Source: a virus
Lineage: Duplodnaviria > Heunggongvirae > Uroviricota > Caudoviricetes
Strand: one strand, 5' to 3'
Virus record (IMG/VR): IMGVR_UViG_2690316224_000023
DNA length: 31,308 nt
In this document: piece by piece, positions 8,226 through 17,268 of the stretch
Layout of the letters: each line of letters starts with the position of its first letter
Position numbering within the stretch: the first letter of the stretch is position 1
Program-made: the position numbers and the translations under genes
Notes under the pieces: generated by a model
Databases searched by the model: none
Seen by the model: the letters and a program-made list of their open reading frames with translations, nothing else
Told to the model about the DNA's origin: nothing

Positions 8226-8467
8226 TTTTATTTTTCTCTATTGTTTGTGTGTGTATATATGAAAACTGGTCAAAAATTGCTCTGGAAAAGACATGGCAAT
8301 TACAAAAGATCTACCTTAGATGAGTAACATTTTCAAGCCACAGCTAAGCTTTCAGTTGCATGATTTTGCATTTGATTTTGTGGTCTAAAACCTAAGATGA
8401 ACACTTTGTTGGGTAAGGTGTGTGTATACGAATGCAACTGCATTAAAACCGCCCCGTGAAGCGGGCG

Positions 8468-8486
8468 GGCGAGGCGGGGAAAGCAC
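8468..8486. other. cos site (19-nt cohesive end) of a P2-type phage
   Basis: GGCGAGGCGGGGAAAGCAC matches the P2 cohesive-end sequence as I remember it; located between the A-side cargo and portal gene Q, where P2 cos lies. Confidence 0.65.
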
Positions 8487-8628
8487 TGCGCGCTGGCGGT
8501 GGTGCTGATTTTATTTTTTCAGCGCCTGAGCGCGTCGTGATGGCGTTTAGATTGTTCGCCGGGGCGTTGGTGTGTCTGTGGGATGTTTTGTGCGGTGGTG
8601 AGCGTGTGAGGGCGTGATGGCGGGTTGT

Positions 8629-8650
8629 AAAAAAGCCGCCCGCAGGCGGC
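8629..8650 (-). terminator. Intrinsic terminator downstream of Q on the minus strand
   Basis: GC hairpin GCCGCC-CGCA-GGCGGC (8635-8650) with the adjacent plus-strand A6 run (8629-8634) giving a U-tract on the minus-strand transcript just after the Q stop. Confidence 0.55.
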
Positions 8651-8655
8651 GATAT

Positions 8656-9690
8656 TCAGCCGTTGTCAGTGTCCAGTGAGTAGTTTTTAAAGCGGATGAC
8701 CTCCTGACCGAGCCAGCCGTTTATCTCGCGGATCCTGTCCTGTAGCGGGATAAGCTCATTGCGGACAAAGACCTTTGCCACTTTCTCAATATCACCCAGC
8801 GACCCGACGTTCTCCGGCTTGCCGCCCATCAACTGAAAGGGGATGCGGTGCGCGTCCAGCAGGTCAGCGGCGCTGGCTTTTTTGATATTAAAAAAATCGT
8901 CCTTCGTCGCCACTTCACTGAGCGGGATAATTTTAATGCCGTCGGCTTTCCCCTGCGGGGCATAGAGAAACAGGTTTTTAAAGTTGTTGCGGCCTTTCGA
9001 CTTCACCATGTTTTCGCGAAGCATTTCGATATCGTTGCGGTCCTGCACGGCATCGGTGACGTACATGATGTATCCGGCATGTGCGCCGTTTTCGTAATAC
9101 TTGCGGCGGAACAGCGTGGCTGACTCATTCAGCCAGGCAGAGTTAAGGGCGCTGAGATATTCCGGCAGGCCGTACAGCTCCTGATTAATATCGGGCTCCA
9201 GCAGGTGAAACACGGAACCGGGCGCGAAGGCTGTCGGCTCGTTGAAGGACGGCACCCACCAGTAAACATCCTCCTCCACGCCACGGCGGGTATATTTTGC
9301 CGGTGAGGTTTCCAGTCTGATGACCTTACCGGTGGTGCTGTAACGCTTTTCCAGAAACGCATTACCGAAAACCAGAAAATCCAGCACAAAGCGGCTGAAA
9401 TCCTGCTGGGAAAGCCACGGGTGCGGGATAAACGTTGAAGCCAGAATATTACGTTTGACGTAAATCGGTGAGCTGTGATGCACGGCAGCACGCAGACTTT
9501 TTGCCAGACCGGTAAAGCTGACCGGTGGCTCATACCATCTGCCGTTACTGATGCATTCGACGTAATCCAGAATGTCACGGCGGTCGAGTACCGGCACCGG
9601 TTCGCCAAAGGTGAATGCCTCCATTTTCGGGGCGCTGGCGGTCATTTTTTTTGCCGCAGGTTGCAGTGTTTTCCCTTTTTTCTTGCTCAT
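8656..9690 (-). CDS. Q: Portal protein, P2 gpQ-like
   Basis: 344 aa, matching the P2 gpQ length I recall; first gene after cos, co-oriented and overlapping with the large terminase gene. Confidence 0.9.
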   Translation of the reverse strand: MSKKKGKTLQPAAKKMTASAPKMEAFTFGEPVPVLDRRDILDYVECISNGRWYEPPVSFTGLAKSLRAAVHHSSPIYVKRNILASTFIPHPWLSQQDFSRFVLDFLVFGNAFLEKRYSTTGKVIRLETSPAKYTRRGVEEDVYWWVPSFNEPTAFAPGSVFHLLEPDINQELYGLPEYLSALNSAWLNESATLFRRKYYENGAHAGYIMYVTDAVQDRNDIEMLRENMVKSKGRNNFKNLFLYAPQGKADGIKIIPLSEVATKDDFFNIKKASAADLLDAHRIPFQLMGGKPENVGSLGDIEKVAKVFVRNELIPLQDRIREINGWLGQEVIRFKNYSLDTDNG

Positions 9691-11462
9691 CAGTAAAACT
9701 CCAGAATGGTGGATGTCAGCGGGGTGCTGATACCGGCGGTGAGTGGCTCATTTAACAGGGCGTGCATGGTCGCCCAGGCGAGGTCGGCGTGGCTGGCTTC
9801 CTCGCTGCGGCTGGCCTCATAAGTGGCGCTGCGTCCGCTGCTGGTCATGGTCTTGCGGATAGCCATAAACGAGCTGGTGATGTCGGTGGCGCTGACGTCA
9901 TATTCCAGACAGCCACGGCGGATGACGTCTTTTGCCTTGAGCACCATTGCGGTTTTCATTTCCGGCGTGTAGCGGATATCGCGCGCGGCGGGATAGAACG
10001 AGCGCACGAGCTGGAACACGCCGACACCGAGGCCGGTGGCATCAATACCGATGTATTCGACGTTGTATTTTTCGGTGAGTTTGCGGATGGATTCCGCCTG
10101 AGTGGCAAAGTCCATGCCTTTCCACTGGTGACGCTCAAGTATTCTGAATTTGCCACCGGCCACCACCGGCGGTGCCAGTACCACGCATCCGGCGCTGTCG
10201 CCACGGTGTGACGGGTCGTAACCAATCCAGACCGGGCGGGAGCCGAACGGATTGGCGGCAAACGGCGCATAGTCTTCCCATTCTTCCAGCGTGTCGACCA
10301 TGCAGCGTTGCAGCTCCTCGAACGGGAACACCGACGCCTTGTCGTCAACAAATTCACACATGAACAGGTTTTTAAAATCGTCGGCGCTGTTTTCACGTTT
10401 GAGCTGCTCAATGTCGAACAGCGTGCAGCCGCCTTTCAGGGCGTCCTCAATGGTGACAATCTGCCGCCACTGGCCGTCCGCACAGAGAAGACCTCCGGCA
10501 AGGGCGTTATGACTGACGTCGATTTCCACGCGTTCGGCGGCGCTGGCGCGTCCCCGGTTAAACAGTTCACCCGACCAGAACGGGTAGGCGTCGTGCGCCA
10601 GCGTGGACGGGGTGGAGAAATAGGTCGAGCGCAGGTGGCTCTGTGAGGCCATACCTGATGCCACCTTACGCAGTACCTGAAAATTCGGGATCCAGAAAAT
10701 CTCGTCGACGTACAGGTCGCCGTTATGGCTCTGCGCGGTGTTGGAGTTGGTGCCAAGAAAAATCAGTTTTGCGCCGTTATTGCCCAGGACAATCGGGTCA
10801 CCGGTCAGGTCAACGTCAACCAGCCGGGCAAAGGCGATGATGTATTCGCGGAACACATACGCCTGCGTTTTACTGGCCGACAGAAAAATCTGGTTATGAC
10901 CGGTTTTCAGGGCGCGCAGCAGCGCCTCGCGGGAAAAATAAAACGTCGCGCCAATCTGGCGGGATTTCAGGATATCGCGGATGCGGTGCTCAAGCCCGGC
11001 GCGATACCAGTGCAACTGATAGTCGAAAGACTGCTCAAAGAAAATCTGCTCCAGCTTTTCGATGGCCTCGTCACTGAAAAAATTCTTTTTCGGTTTGCGA
11101 CGCCCGCCTTTGTTGCGGTTAGCGACGTTCGGATTAAGGTCTGCCTCGTTGCCGGTCTGACTGTAGCGGTTTACCCGTGCCAGTCGTTCAATCTGGCGTC
11201 CCAGCAGGTCAATTTCCTTGAAGTCACCGCCGGTTTTCTGCGGTTTGATGATGAGCTGGGTCAGCCGCGCTTCCAGACTCATTTCGACACGGCTGATGGG
11301 GGCAACGCTGTCCCAGCCGTCGCGCTGTTTCCAGCTCTGCACCGTCGGGCGTTTCATCTGCAACATGGCGGCAATCTGCGGCACGGAAAACCCCTGCCAG
11401 TACAGCAGCGCCGACTGACGACGCGGGTCGTGTAAAAGAGTGGTGTCTGTGGTGATGGTCAT
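9690..11462 (-). CDS. P: Terminase large (ATPase) subunit, P2 gpP-like (ORF track start 11492; ATG 11462 with GAGGT RBS gives 590 aa)
   Basis: Size and position match P2 gpP; stop overlaps the Q start; divergent from the O-N-M-L operon. Confidence 0.9.
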   Translation of the reverse strand: MTITTDTTLLHDPRRQSALLYWQGFSVPQIAAMLQMKRPTVQSWKQRDGWDSVAPISRVEMSLEARLTQLIIKPQKTGGDFKEIDLLGRQIERLARVNRYSQTGNEADLNPNVANRNKGGRRKPKKNFFSDEAIEKLEQIFFEQSFDYQLHWYRAGLEHRIRDILKSRQIGATFYFSREALLRALKTGHNQIFLSASKTQAYVFREYIIAFARLVDVDLTGDPIVLGNNGAKLIFLGTNSNTAQSHNGDLYVDEIFWIPNFQVLRKVASGMASQSHLRSTYFSTPSTLAHDAYPFWSGELFNRGRASAAERVEIDVSHNALAGGLLCADGQWRQIVTIEDALKGGCTLFDIEQLKRENSADDFKNLFMCEFVDDKASVFPFEELQRCMVDTLEEWEDYAPFAANPFGSRPVWIGYDPSHRGDSAGCVVLAPPVVAGGKFRILERHQWKGMDFATQAESIRKLTEKYNVEYIGIDATGLGVGVFQLVRSFYPAARDIRYTPEMKTAMVLKAKDVIRRGCLEYDVSATDITSSFMAIRKTMTSSGRSATYEASRSEEASHADLAWATMHALLNEPLTAGISTPLTSTILEFY

Positions 11463-11635
11463 GAATACCTCGCCGTGATGAATACACGGCAAGGCTACTG
11501 AGTCGCGCCCTGCGATTCGCTAAGGTGCTGTTGTGTCAGTGATAAGCCATCCGGGACTGATGGCGGAGGATGCGCATCGTCGGGAAACTGATGCCGACAT
11601 GTGACTCCTCTAATCACTATTCAGGACTCCTGACA

Positions 11636-12490
11636 ATGGCAAAAAAAGTCTCAAAATTCTTTCGTATCGGCGTTGAGGGTGACACCTGTGACGGGCGTGT
11701 CATCAGTGCGCAGGATATTCAGGAAATGGCCGAAACCTTTGACCCGCGTGTCTATGGTTGCCGTATTAACCTGGAACATCTGCGCGGCATCCTGCCTGAC
11801 GGTATTTTTAAACGTTATGGTGATGTGGCCGAACTGAAGGCCGAAAAGATTGACGATGATTCGGCGCTGAAAGGCAAATGGGCGCTGTTTGCGAAAATCA
11901 CCCCGACCGATGACCTTATCGCGATGAACAAGGCCGCGCAGAAGGTCTATACCTCAATGGAAATTCAGCCGAACTTTGCCAATACCGGCAAATGTTATCT
12001 GGTGGGTCTGGCCGTCACCGATGACCCGGCAAGCCTCGGCACGGAATACCTGGAATTCTGCCGCACGGCAAAACACAACCCCCTGAACCGCTTCAAATTA
12101 AGCCCTGAAAACCTGATTTCAGTGGCAACGCCTGTTGAGCTGGAATTTGAAGACCTGCCTGAAACCGTGTTCACCGCCCTGACCGAAAAGGTGAAATCCA
12201 TTTTTGGCCGCAAACAGGCCAGCGATGACGCCCGTCTGAATGACGTACATGAAGCGGTGACCGCTGTTGCTGAACATGTGCAGGAAAAACTGAGCGCCAC
12301 TGAGCAGCGCCTCGCTGAGATGGAAACCGCCTTTTCCGCACTTAAGCAGGAGGTGACTGACAGGGCGGATGAAACCAGCCAGGCATTCACCCGCCTGAAA
12401 AACAGTCTCGACCACACCGAAAGTCTGACCCAGCAGCGCCGCAGCAAGGCCACCGGTGGTGGCGGTGACGCCCTGATGACGAACTGCTGA
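11636..12490 (+). CDS. O: Capsid scaffold protein, P2 gpO-like (ORF track start 11570; ATG 11636 gives 284 aa)
   Basis: Begins MAKKVSKFFRIGVEG...; coiled-coil-rich C-terminus; AGGA RBS upstream; first gene of the rightward head operon. Confidence 0.85.
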   Translation: MAKKVSKFFRIGVEGDTCDGRVISAQDIQEMAETFDPRVYGCRINLEHLRGILPDGIFKRYGDVAELKAEKIDDDSALKGKWALFAKITPTDDLIAMNKAAQKVYTSMEIQPNFANTGKCYLVGLAVTDDPASLGTEYLEFCRTAKHNPLNRFKLSPENLISVATPVELEFEDLPETVFTALTEKVKSIFGRKQASDDARLNDVHEAVTAVAEHVQEKLSATEQRLAEMETAFSALKQEVTDRADETSQAFTRLKNSLDHTESLTQQRRSKATGGGGDALMTNC

Positions 12491-12548
12491 CCGGCGTCAG
12501 TCAGTCCGGGAAAACCTTCACGATTAACCCTTAATTTCAGGAAAAACT

Positions 12549-13622
12549 ATGCGCCAGGAAACCCGCTTTAAATTTAATGCCTACCTGTCCCGTGTTGCCG
12601 AACTGAACGGCATCGACGCCGGTGATGTGTCGAAAAAATTCACCGTTGAACCGTCGGTCACCCAGACCCTGATGAACACCATGCAGGAGTCCTCTGACTT
12701 TCTGACCCGCATCAATATTGTGCCGGTCAGCGAAATGAAAGGGGAAAAAATTGGTATCGGTGTCACCGGCTCCATCGCCAGCACCACCGACACCGCCGGT
12801 GGCACCGAGCGTCAGCCGAAGGACTTCTCGAAGCTGGCGTCCAGTAAGTACGAATGCGACCAGATTAACTTCGATTTTTATATCCGCTACAAAACGCTTG
12901 ACCTGTGGGCGCGTTATCAGGATTTCCAGCTCCGTGTCCGTAACGCCATTATCAAACGCCAGTCCCTTGATTTCATCATGGCCGGTTTTAACGGCGTGAA
13001 GCGTGCCGAAACCTCTGACCGCAGCAGTAACCCGATGCTGCAGGATGTGGCAGTCGGCTGGCTGCAGAAATACCGCAATGAAGCCCCGGCGCGCGTGATG
13101 AGCAAGGTTACTGACGAGGAAGGTCACACGACCTCTGAGGTCATCCGCGTGGGTAAGGGCGGTGATTATGCCAGCCTCGATGCACTGGTGATGGATGCGA
13201 CCAACAACCTGATTGAACCGTGGTATCAGGAAGACCCTGACCTTGTGGTGATTGTGGGTCGTCAGCTACTGGCGGACAAGTATTTCCCCATCGTCAACAA
13301 GGAGCAGGACAACAGCGAAATGCTGGCCGCTGACGTCATCATCAGCCAGAAACGCATCGGTAACCTGCCGGCGGTACGCGTCCCGTACTTCCCGGCGGAT
13401 GCGATGCTCATCACGAAGCTGGAAAACCTGTCCATCTACTACATGGATGACAGCCATCGCCGCGTGATTGTGGAAACCCCGAAACTCGACCGCGTGGAGA
13501 ACTACGAGTCAATGAACATTGATTACGTGGTGGAAGACTACGCCGCCGGTTGTCTGGTGGAAAAAATTAAGGTCGGTGACTTCTCCACACCGGCTAAAGT
13601 GACCGCAGAGCCGGGAGCGTAA
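12549..13622 (+). CDS. N: Major capsid protein, P2 gpN-like
   Basis: 357 aa, the same length I recall for P2 gpN; follows the scaffold gene. Confidence 0.9.
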   Translation: MRQETRFKFNAYLSRVAELNGIDAGDVSKKFTVEPSVTQTLMNTMQESSDFLTRINIVPVSEMKGEKIGIGVTGSIASTTDTAGGTERQPKDFSKLASSKYECDQINFDFYIRYKTLDLWARYQDFQLRVRNAIIKRQSLDFIMAGFNGVKRAETSDRSSNPMLQDVAVGWLQKYRNEAPARVMSKVTDEEGHTTSEVIRVGKGGDYASLDALVMDATNNLIEPWYQEDPDLVVIVGRQLLADKYFPIVNKEQDNSEMLAADVIISQKRIGNLPAVRVPYFPADAMLITKLENLSIYYMDDSHRRVIVETPKLDRVENYESMNIDYVVEDYAAGCLVEKIKVGDFSTPAKVTAEPGA

Positions 13623-13625
13623 CCG

Positions 13626-14369
13626 ATGACGAGTCCCGCACAGCGCCACATGATGCGGGTCTCGGCAGCGATGACCGCGCAGCGGGACGCCGCCCCGCTG
13701 CGACATGCAACTGTCTATGAGCAGATGCTGGTCAAGCTGGCCGCAGACCAGCGCACACTGAAAGCGATTTATTCAAAAGAGCTGAAGGCCGCGAAAAAAC
13801 GCGAACTGCTGCCGTTCTGGTTGCCGTGGGTGAACGGCGTGCTGGAGCAGGGCAAAGGCGCACAGGATGACATTCTGATGACGGTCATGCTGTGGCGTCT
13901 GGATACCGGCGATATTGCTGGTGCGCTGGAGATTGCCCGTTATGCCCTGAAGTACGGTCTGACCATGCCGGGTAAACACCGCCGCACCCCGCCGTACATG
14001 TTCACCGAGGAGGTGGCGCTCGCGGCCATGCGCGCTCACGCTGCCGGTGAATCCGTGGATATCCGCCTGCTGACGGAGACCCTTGAACTGACCGCCACGG
14101 CTGACATGCCTGATGAAGTGCGCGCAAAGCTGCACAAAATCACCGGTCTGTTTCTGCGTGACGGTGGTGATGCCGCCGGTGCGCTGGCTCACCTGCAACG
14201 TGCGACACAGCTCGACTGTCAGGCAGGCGTCAAAAAAGAGATTGAACGACTGGAGCGGGAGCTGAAACCGAAGCCGGAGCCGCAGCCCAAAGCGGCCACC
14301 CGCGCCCCGCGTAAGACCCGGAGTGCGACACCGGCAAAACGTGGACGCCCGAAAAAGAAAGCCAGTTAA
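13626..14369 (+). CDS. M: Terminase small/endonuclease subunit, P2 gpM-like
   Basis: 247 aa as P2 gpM; basic Lys/Arg/Pro-rich C-terminal tail (KPKPEPQPKAATRAPRKTRSATPAKRGRPKKKAS). Confidence 0.85.
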   Translation: MTSPAQRHMMRVSAAMTAQRDAAPLRHATVYEQMLVKLAADQRTLKAIYSKELKAAKKRELLPFWLPWVNGVLEQGKGAQDDILMTVMLWRLDTGDIAGALEIARYALKYGLTMPGKHRRTPPYMFTEEVALAAMRAHAAGESVDIRLLTETLELTATADMPDEVRAKLHKITGLFLRDGGDAAGALAHLQRATQLDCQAGVKKEIERLERELKPKPEPQPKAATRAPRKTRSATPAKRGRPKKKAS

Positions 14370-14468
14370 CAACCGAATGCGCCCCGCGCCAGGGCGGCAC
14401 GCCGGTCAGTGAGGGTGAATCACCTGACACTGCACCGGCGTCCACCGCCCGACTTTTCAGAGGTAGTC

Positions 14469-14978
14469 ATGATGACGCTGATTATTCCGCGAAAGGAGGC
14501 TCCCGTGTCCGGTGAGGGTACGGTGGTCATCCCGCAACCGGCAGGCGACGAGCCGGTGATTAAAAACACGTTCTTTTTTCCCGATATCGACCCGAAGCGC
14601 GTCCGGGAACGTATGCGCCTTGAGCAGACCGTCGCCCCCGCCCGTCTGCGTGAGGCCATCAAGTCAGGCATGGCGGAGACGAATGCGGAGCTGTACGAGT
14701 ACCGCGAACAGAAAATTGCCGCCGGTTTTACGCGTCTGGCGGACGTCCCGGCGGACGACATCGACGGTGAAAGCATCAAAGTTTTTTACTACGAGCGCGC
14801 CGTGTGTGCGATGGCGACCGCGTCGCTTTATGAACGTTATCGCGGTGTGGATGCCAGTGCGAAAGGCGACAAGAAGGCCGACAGCATTGACAGCACCATT
14901 GATGAGCTGTGGCGGGATATGCGCTGGGCAGTGGCGCGCATCCAGGGCAAGCCGCGCTGCATCGTGAGTCAAATCTGA
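14469..14978 (+). CDS. L: Head completion protein, P2 gpL-like (ORF track start 14409; ATG 14469 gives 169 aa)
   Basis: Size and position match P2 gpL; stop overlaps the X start (ATGA at 14976-14980). Confidence 0.8.
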   Translation: MMTLIIPRKEAPVSGEGTVVIPQPAGDEPVIKNTFFFPDIDPKRVRERMRLEQTVAPARLREAIKSGMAETNAELYEYREQKIAAGFTRLADVPADDIDGESIKVFYYERAVCAMATASLYERYRGVDASAKGDKKADSIDSTIDELWRDMRWAVARIQGKPRCIVSQI

Positions 14979-15181
14979 TGAAGACCTTTGCGCTACAGGG
15001 CGACACGCTCGACGCCATTTGTGTCCGGTATTACGGGCGCACTGAGGGCGTGGTTGAGACCGTGCTCGCCGCAAATCCGGGACTGGCTGAACTGGGTGCG
15101 GTGCTGCCACACGGCACCGCCGTCGAACTGCCCGACGTTCAGACCGCGCCCGTGGCTGAAACTGTCAATCTGTGGGAGTAA
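14978..15181 (+). CDS. X: Small tail protein, P2 gpX-like
   Basis: 67 aa from the internal ATG of ORF 14909..15181; same size and position as P2 gpX. Confidence 0.8.
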   Translation: MKTFALQGDTLDAICVRYYGRTEGVVETVLAANPGLAELGAVLPHGTAVELPDVQTAPVAETVNLWE

Positions 15182-15184
15182 CGC

Positions 15185-15466
15185 ATGACAGCAGAAGAAA
15201 AAAGCGTCCTGTCGCTTTTCATGATTGGGGTGCTGATTGTTGTCGGCAAGGTGCTTGCCGGTGGTGAACCCATCACCCCGCGTCTGTTTATCGGGCGCAT
15301 GTTGCTCGGTGGTTTTGTCTCGATGGTTGCCGGTGTTGTTCTGGTGCAGTTTCCTGACCTGTCACTGCCTGCGGTGTGCGGTATCGGCTCCATGCTGGGT
15401 ATCGCCGGTTATCAGGTGATTGAGATTGCCATTCAGCGCCGCTTTAAGGGCAGGGGGAAACCGTAA
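15185..15466 (+). CDS. Y: Holin, P2 gpY-like
   Basis: 93 aa with hydrophobic membrane segments (LSLFMIGVLIVVGKVLAGG ... FVSMVAGVVLVQF); immediately upstream of the endolysin. Confidence 0.8.
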   Translation: MTAEEKSVLSLFMIGVLIVVGKVLAGGEPITPRLFIGRMLLGGFVSMVAGVVLVQFPDLSLPAVCGIGSMLGIAGYQVIEIAIQRRFKGRGKP

Positions 15467-15963
15467 TGCCGGTTATTAACACGCATCAGAATATCGCCGC
15501 CTTTCTCGACATGCTGGCCGTGTCCGAAGGGACGGCAAACCATCCGCTGACGAAAAACCGGGGCTATGACGTGATAGTCACCGGACTGGACGGAAAGCCG
15601 GAAATTTTCACCGACTACAGTGACCACCCGTTCGCACATGGTCGACCGGCGAAGGTGTTTAACCGTCGCGGTGAAAAATCCACGGCCTCCGGTCGCTATC
15701 AGCAGCTTTACCTGTTCTGGCCGCATTACCGCAAACAGCTTGCCCTGCCGGATTTCAGTCCGTTGTCACAGGACAGACTCGCCATTCAGTTGATCCGCGA
15801 ACGCGGTGCACTGGATGACATCCGGGCGGGACGCATTGAGCGCGCCATTTCACGCTGTCGCAATATCTGGGCGTCCCTGCCGGGTGCCGGTTACGGTCAG
15901 CGTGAGCATTCACTGGAAAAACTGGTCACTGTCTGGCGTACCGCTGGCGGCGTACCGGCTTAA
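15466..15963 (+). CDS. K: Endolysin (lysozyme, T4-lysozyme-like fold), P2 gpK-like
   Basis: 165 aa; catalytic E...D...T motif (LAVSEGTANHPLTKNRGYDVIVTG); start overlaps the holin stop. Confidence 0.85.
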   Translation: MPVINTHQNIAAFLDMLAVSEGTANHPLTKNRGYDVIVTGLDGKPEIFTDYSDHPFAHGRPAKVFNRRGEKSTASGRYQQLYLFWPHYRKQLALPDFSPLSQDRLAIQLIRERGALDDIRAGRIERAISRCRNIWASLPGAGYGQREHSLEKLVTVWRTAGGVPA

Positions 15964-15977
15964 ACGGAGTAAACACC

Positions 15978-16280
15978 ATGAAGAAATTATCCCTTTCACT
16001 GATGCTGAACGTGTCGCTGGCGCTGATGCCGGCACTGTCCCTGATTTACCCGCAGAGCGTGGCCGTCAATTTTGTCGCTGCCTGGGCGATTCTGGCGACG
16101 GTTATCTGTGTGGTTGCCGGTGGTGTCGGCGTGTATGCCACTGAGTATGTGCTGGAACGCTACGGGCGGGAGCTGCCGCCGGAATCGCTGGCCGTGAAGA
16201 TTGTCACGTCGCTGTTTTTCCGGCTGATACGTACGGCCTGTCGTCAGCGTCTTGAGGGGCGGGAACCATGTCAAAGCTGA
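15978..16280 (+). CDS. lysA: LysA-like small membrane protein (lysis timing)
   Basis: 100-aa hydrophobic ORF after the endolysin gene; assigned by position. Confidence 0.55.
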   Translation: MKKLSLSLMLNVSLALMPALSLIYPQSVAVNFVAAWAILATVICVVAGGVGVYATEYVLERYGRELPPESLAVKIVTSLFFRLIRTACRQRLEGREPCQS

Positions 16281-16711
16281 TGATTGTGCTGGTCGTATTG
16301 TTATCACTGGCGGTGGCGGGGCTGTTTCTGGCGAAGCATGAAAACGCCAGCCTGCGCGCCTCGCTGGACAGGGCGAACAACGTCGCCAGCGGGCAGCAGA
16401 CGACCATCACCATGCTGAAAAATCAGCTTCATGTTGCCCTCACCAGGGCAGACAAAAACGAGCTGGCGCAGGTGGCACTGCGTCAGGAACTGGAGAACGC
16501 CGCGAAGCGTGAAGCACAGCGCGAGAAAACCATCACGAGGTTACTTAATGAAAACGAAGATTTTCGCCGCTGGTACGGCGCTGACCTGCCTGATGCTGTG
16601 CGCCGGTTGCACCAGCGCCCCGCCTGCACCGACGCCAGTGATTGTCCACAACGCCTGCCCGAAAGTGAGCCTTTGCCCGATGCCGGGCAGCGACCCGGAG
16701 ACGAACGGTGA
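16268..16711 (+). CDS. lysB: LysB-like i-spanin (Rz equivalent)
   Basis: N-terminal transmembrane helix (MIVLVVLLSLAVAGLFLA) followed by a charged coiled-coil-like region; carries lysC in an alternate frame. Confidence 0.7.
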   Translation: MSKLMIVLVVLLSLAVAGLFLAKHENASLRASLDRANNVASGQQTTITMLKNQLHVALTRADKNELAQVALRQELENAAKREAQREKTITRLLNENEDFRRWYGADLPDAVRRLHQRPACTDASDCPQRLPESEPLPDAGQRPGDER

Positions 16712-16838
16712 TTTAAGTGCCGATATCCGGCAGCTTGAGAACGCGCTGGCGCGCTGTGCCAGCCAGGTAAAAATGATTAAACACTGTCAGGACGAAAACG
16801 ATGCTCAAACCCGACAGCCTGCGCAGGGCGCTGACTGA
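16548..16838 (+). CDS. lysC: LysC-like o-spanin lipoprotein (Rz1 equivalent), embedded in and extending beyond lysB in the +1 frame
   Basis: 96 aa from ATG 16548; signal peptide plus lipobox LCAGC; Pro-rich mature region. Confidence 0.7.
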   Translation: MKTKIFAAGTALTCLMLCAGCTSAPPAPTPVIVHNACPKVSLCPMPGSDPETNGDLSADIRQLENALARCASQVKMIKHCQDENDAQTRQPAQGAD

Positions 16839-17268
16839 TGCCGTCACGGTGCTGAAAACTAACCCCGATATGCTGCGGATATTCGTGGATCACGGGAGTA
16901 TTGCCTCCACGCTGGCGGCGTCGTTGTCATTCGAAAAGCGTTACACGCTCAATGTCATTGTGACCGACTTTACCGGTGATTTTGACCTGCTCATCGTGCC
17001 GGTGCTGGCGTGGCTGCGGGAAAATCAGCCCGACATCATGACCACCGACGCAGGCCAGAAAAAGGGCTTCACGTTTTATGCAGACATCAACAATGACAGC
17101 AGCTTTGATATCAGTATCAGCCTGATGCTGACCGAGCGCACGCTGGTCAGTGAGGTTGACGGTGCGCTGCATGTGAAGAATATCCCGGAACCTCCGCCGC
17201 CGGAGCCGGTCACCCGCCCGATGGAGCTTTATATCAATGGCGAACTGGTGAGCAAGTGGGATGAATGA
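16801..17268 (+). CDS. R: Tail completion protein, P2 gpR-like
   Basis: 155 aa as P2 gpR; position after the lysis cassette. Confidence 0.8.
   Translation: MLKPDSLRRALTDAVTVLKTNPDMLRIFVDHGSIASTLAASLSFEKRYTLNVIVTDFTGDFDLLIVPVLAWLRENQPDIMTTDAGQKKGFTFYADINNDSSFDISISLMLTERTLVSEVDGALHVKNIPEPPPPEPVTRPMELYINGELVSKWDE

Noticed and set aside
8331-8399. 22-codon plus-strand ORF in the cargo leader
   Set aside because: Short, no RBS, in AT-rich leader DNA; more likely non-coding regulatory sequence.
9129-9608. 159-aa minus-strand ORF inside the portal gene, plus similar ORFs at 9762-10211 and 9956-10411
   Set aside because: They lie in alternate frames of GC-rich genes Q and P with Arg/Pro/Ala-rich low-complexity translations; typical spurious ORFs of high-GC DNA.
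10725-11435. 236-aa plus-strand ORF antisense to the terminase gene
   Set aside because: Entirely inside P on the opposite strand; no RBS context or recognisable motifs; the terminase frame explains the region.
11463-11635. Divergent late-promoter region between P and O; looked for the Ogr-binding dyad TGT-N12-ACA
   Set aside because: No exact TGT-N12-ACA found by eye here or upstream of V or FI; late promoters are surely present but I cannot position them.
12537-13127. 196-aa minus-strand ORF antisense to the major capsid gene
   Set aside because: Overlaps N, which matches the P2 capsid protein length exactly; GC-driven open frame.
13773-14372. 199-aa minus-strand ORF antisense to gene M
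   Set aside because: Fully inside M; Arg/Gly-rich low-complexity translation.
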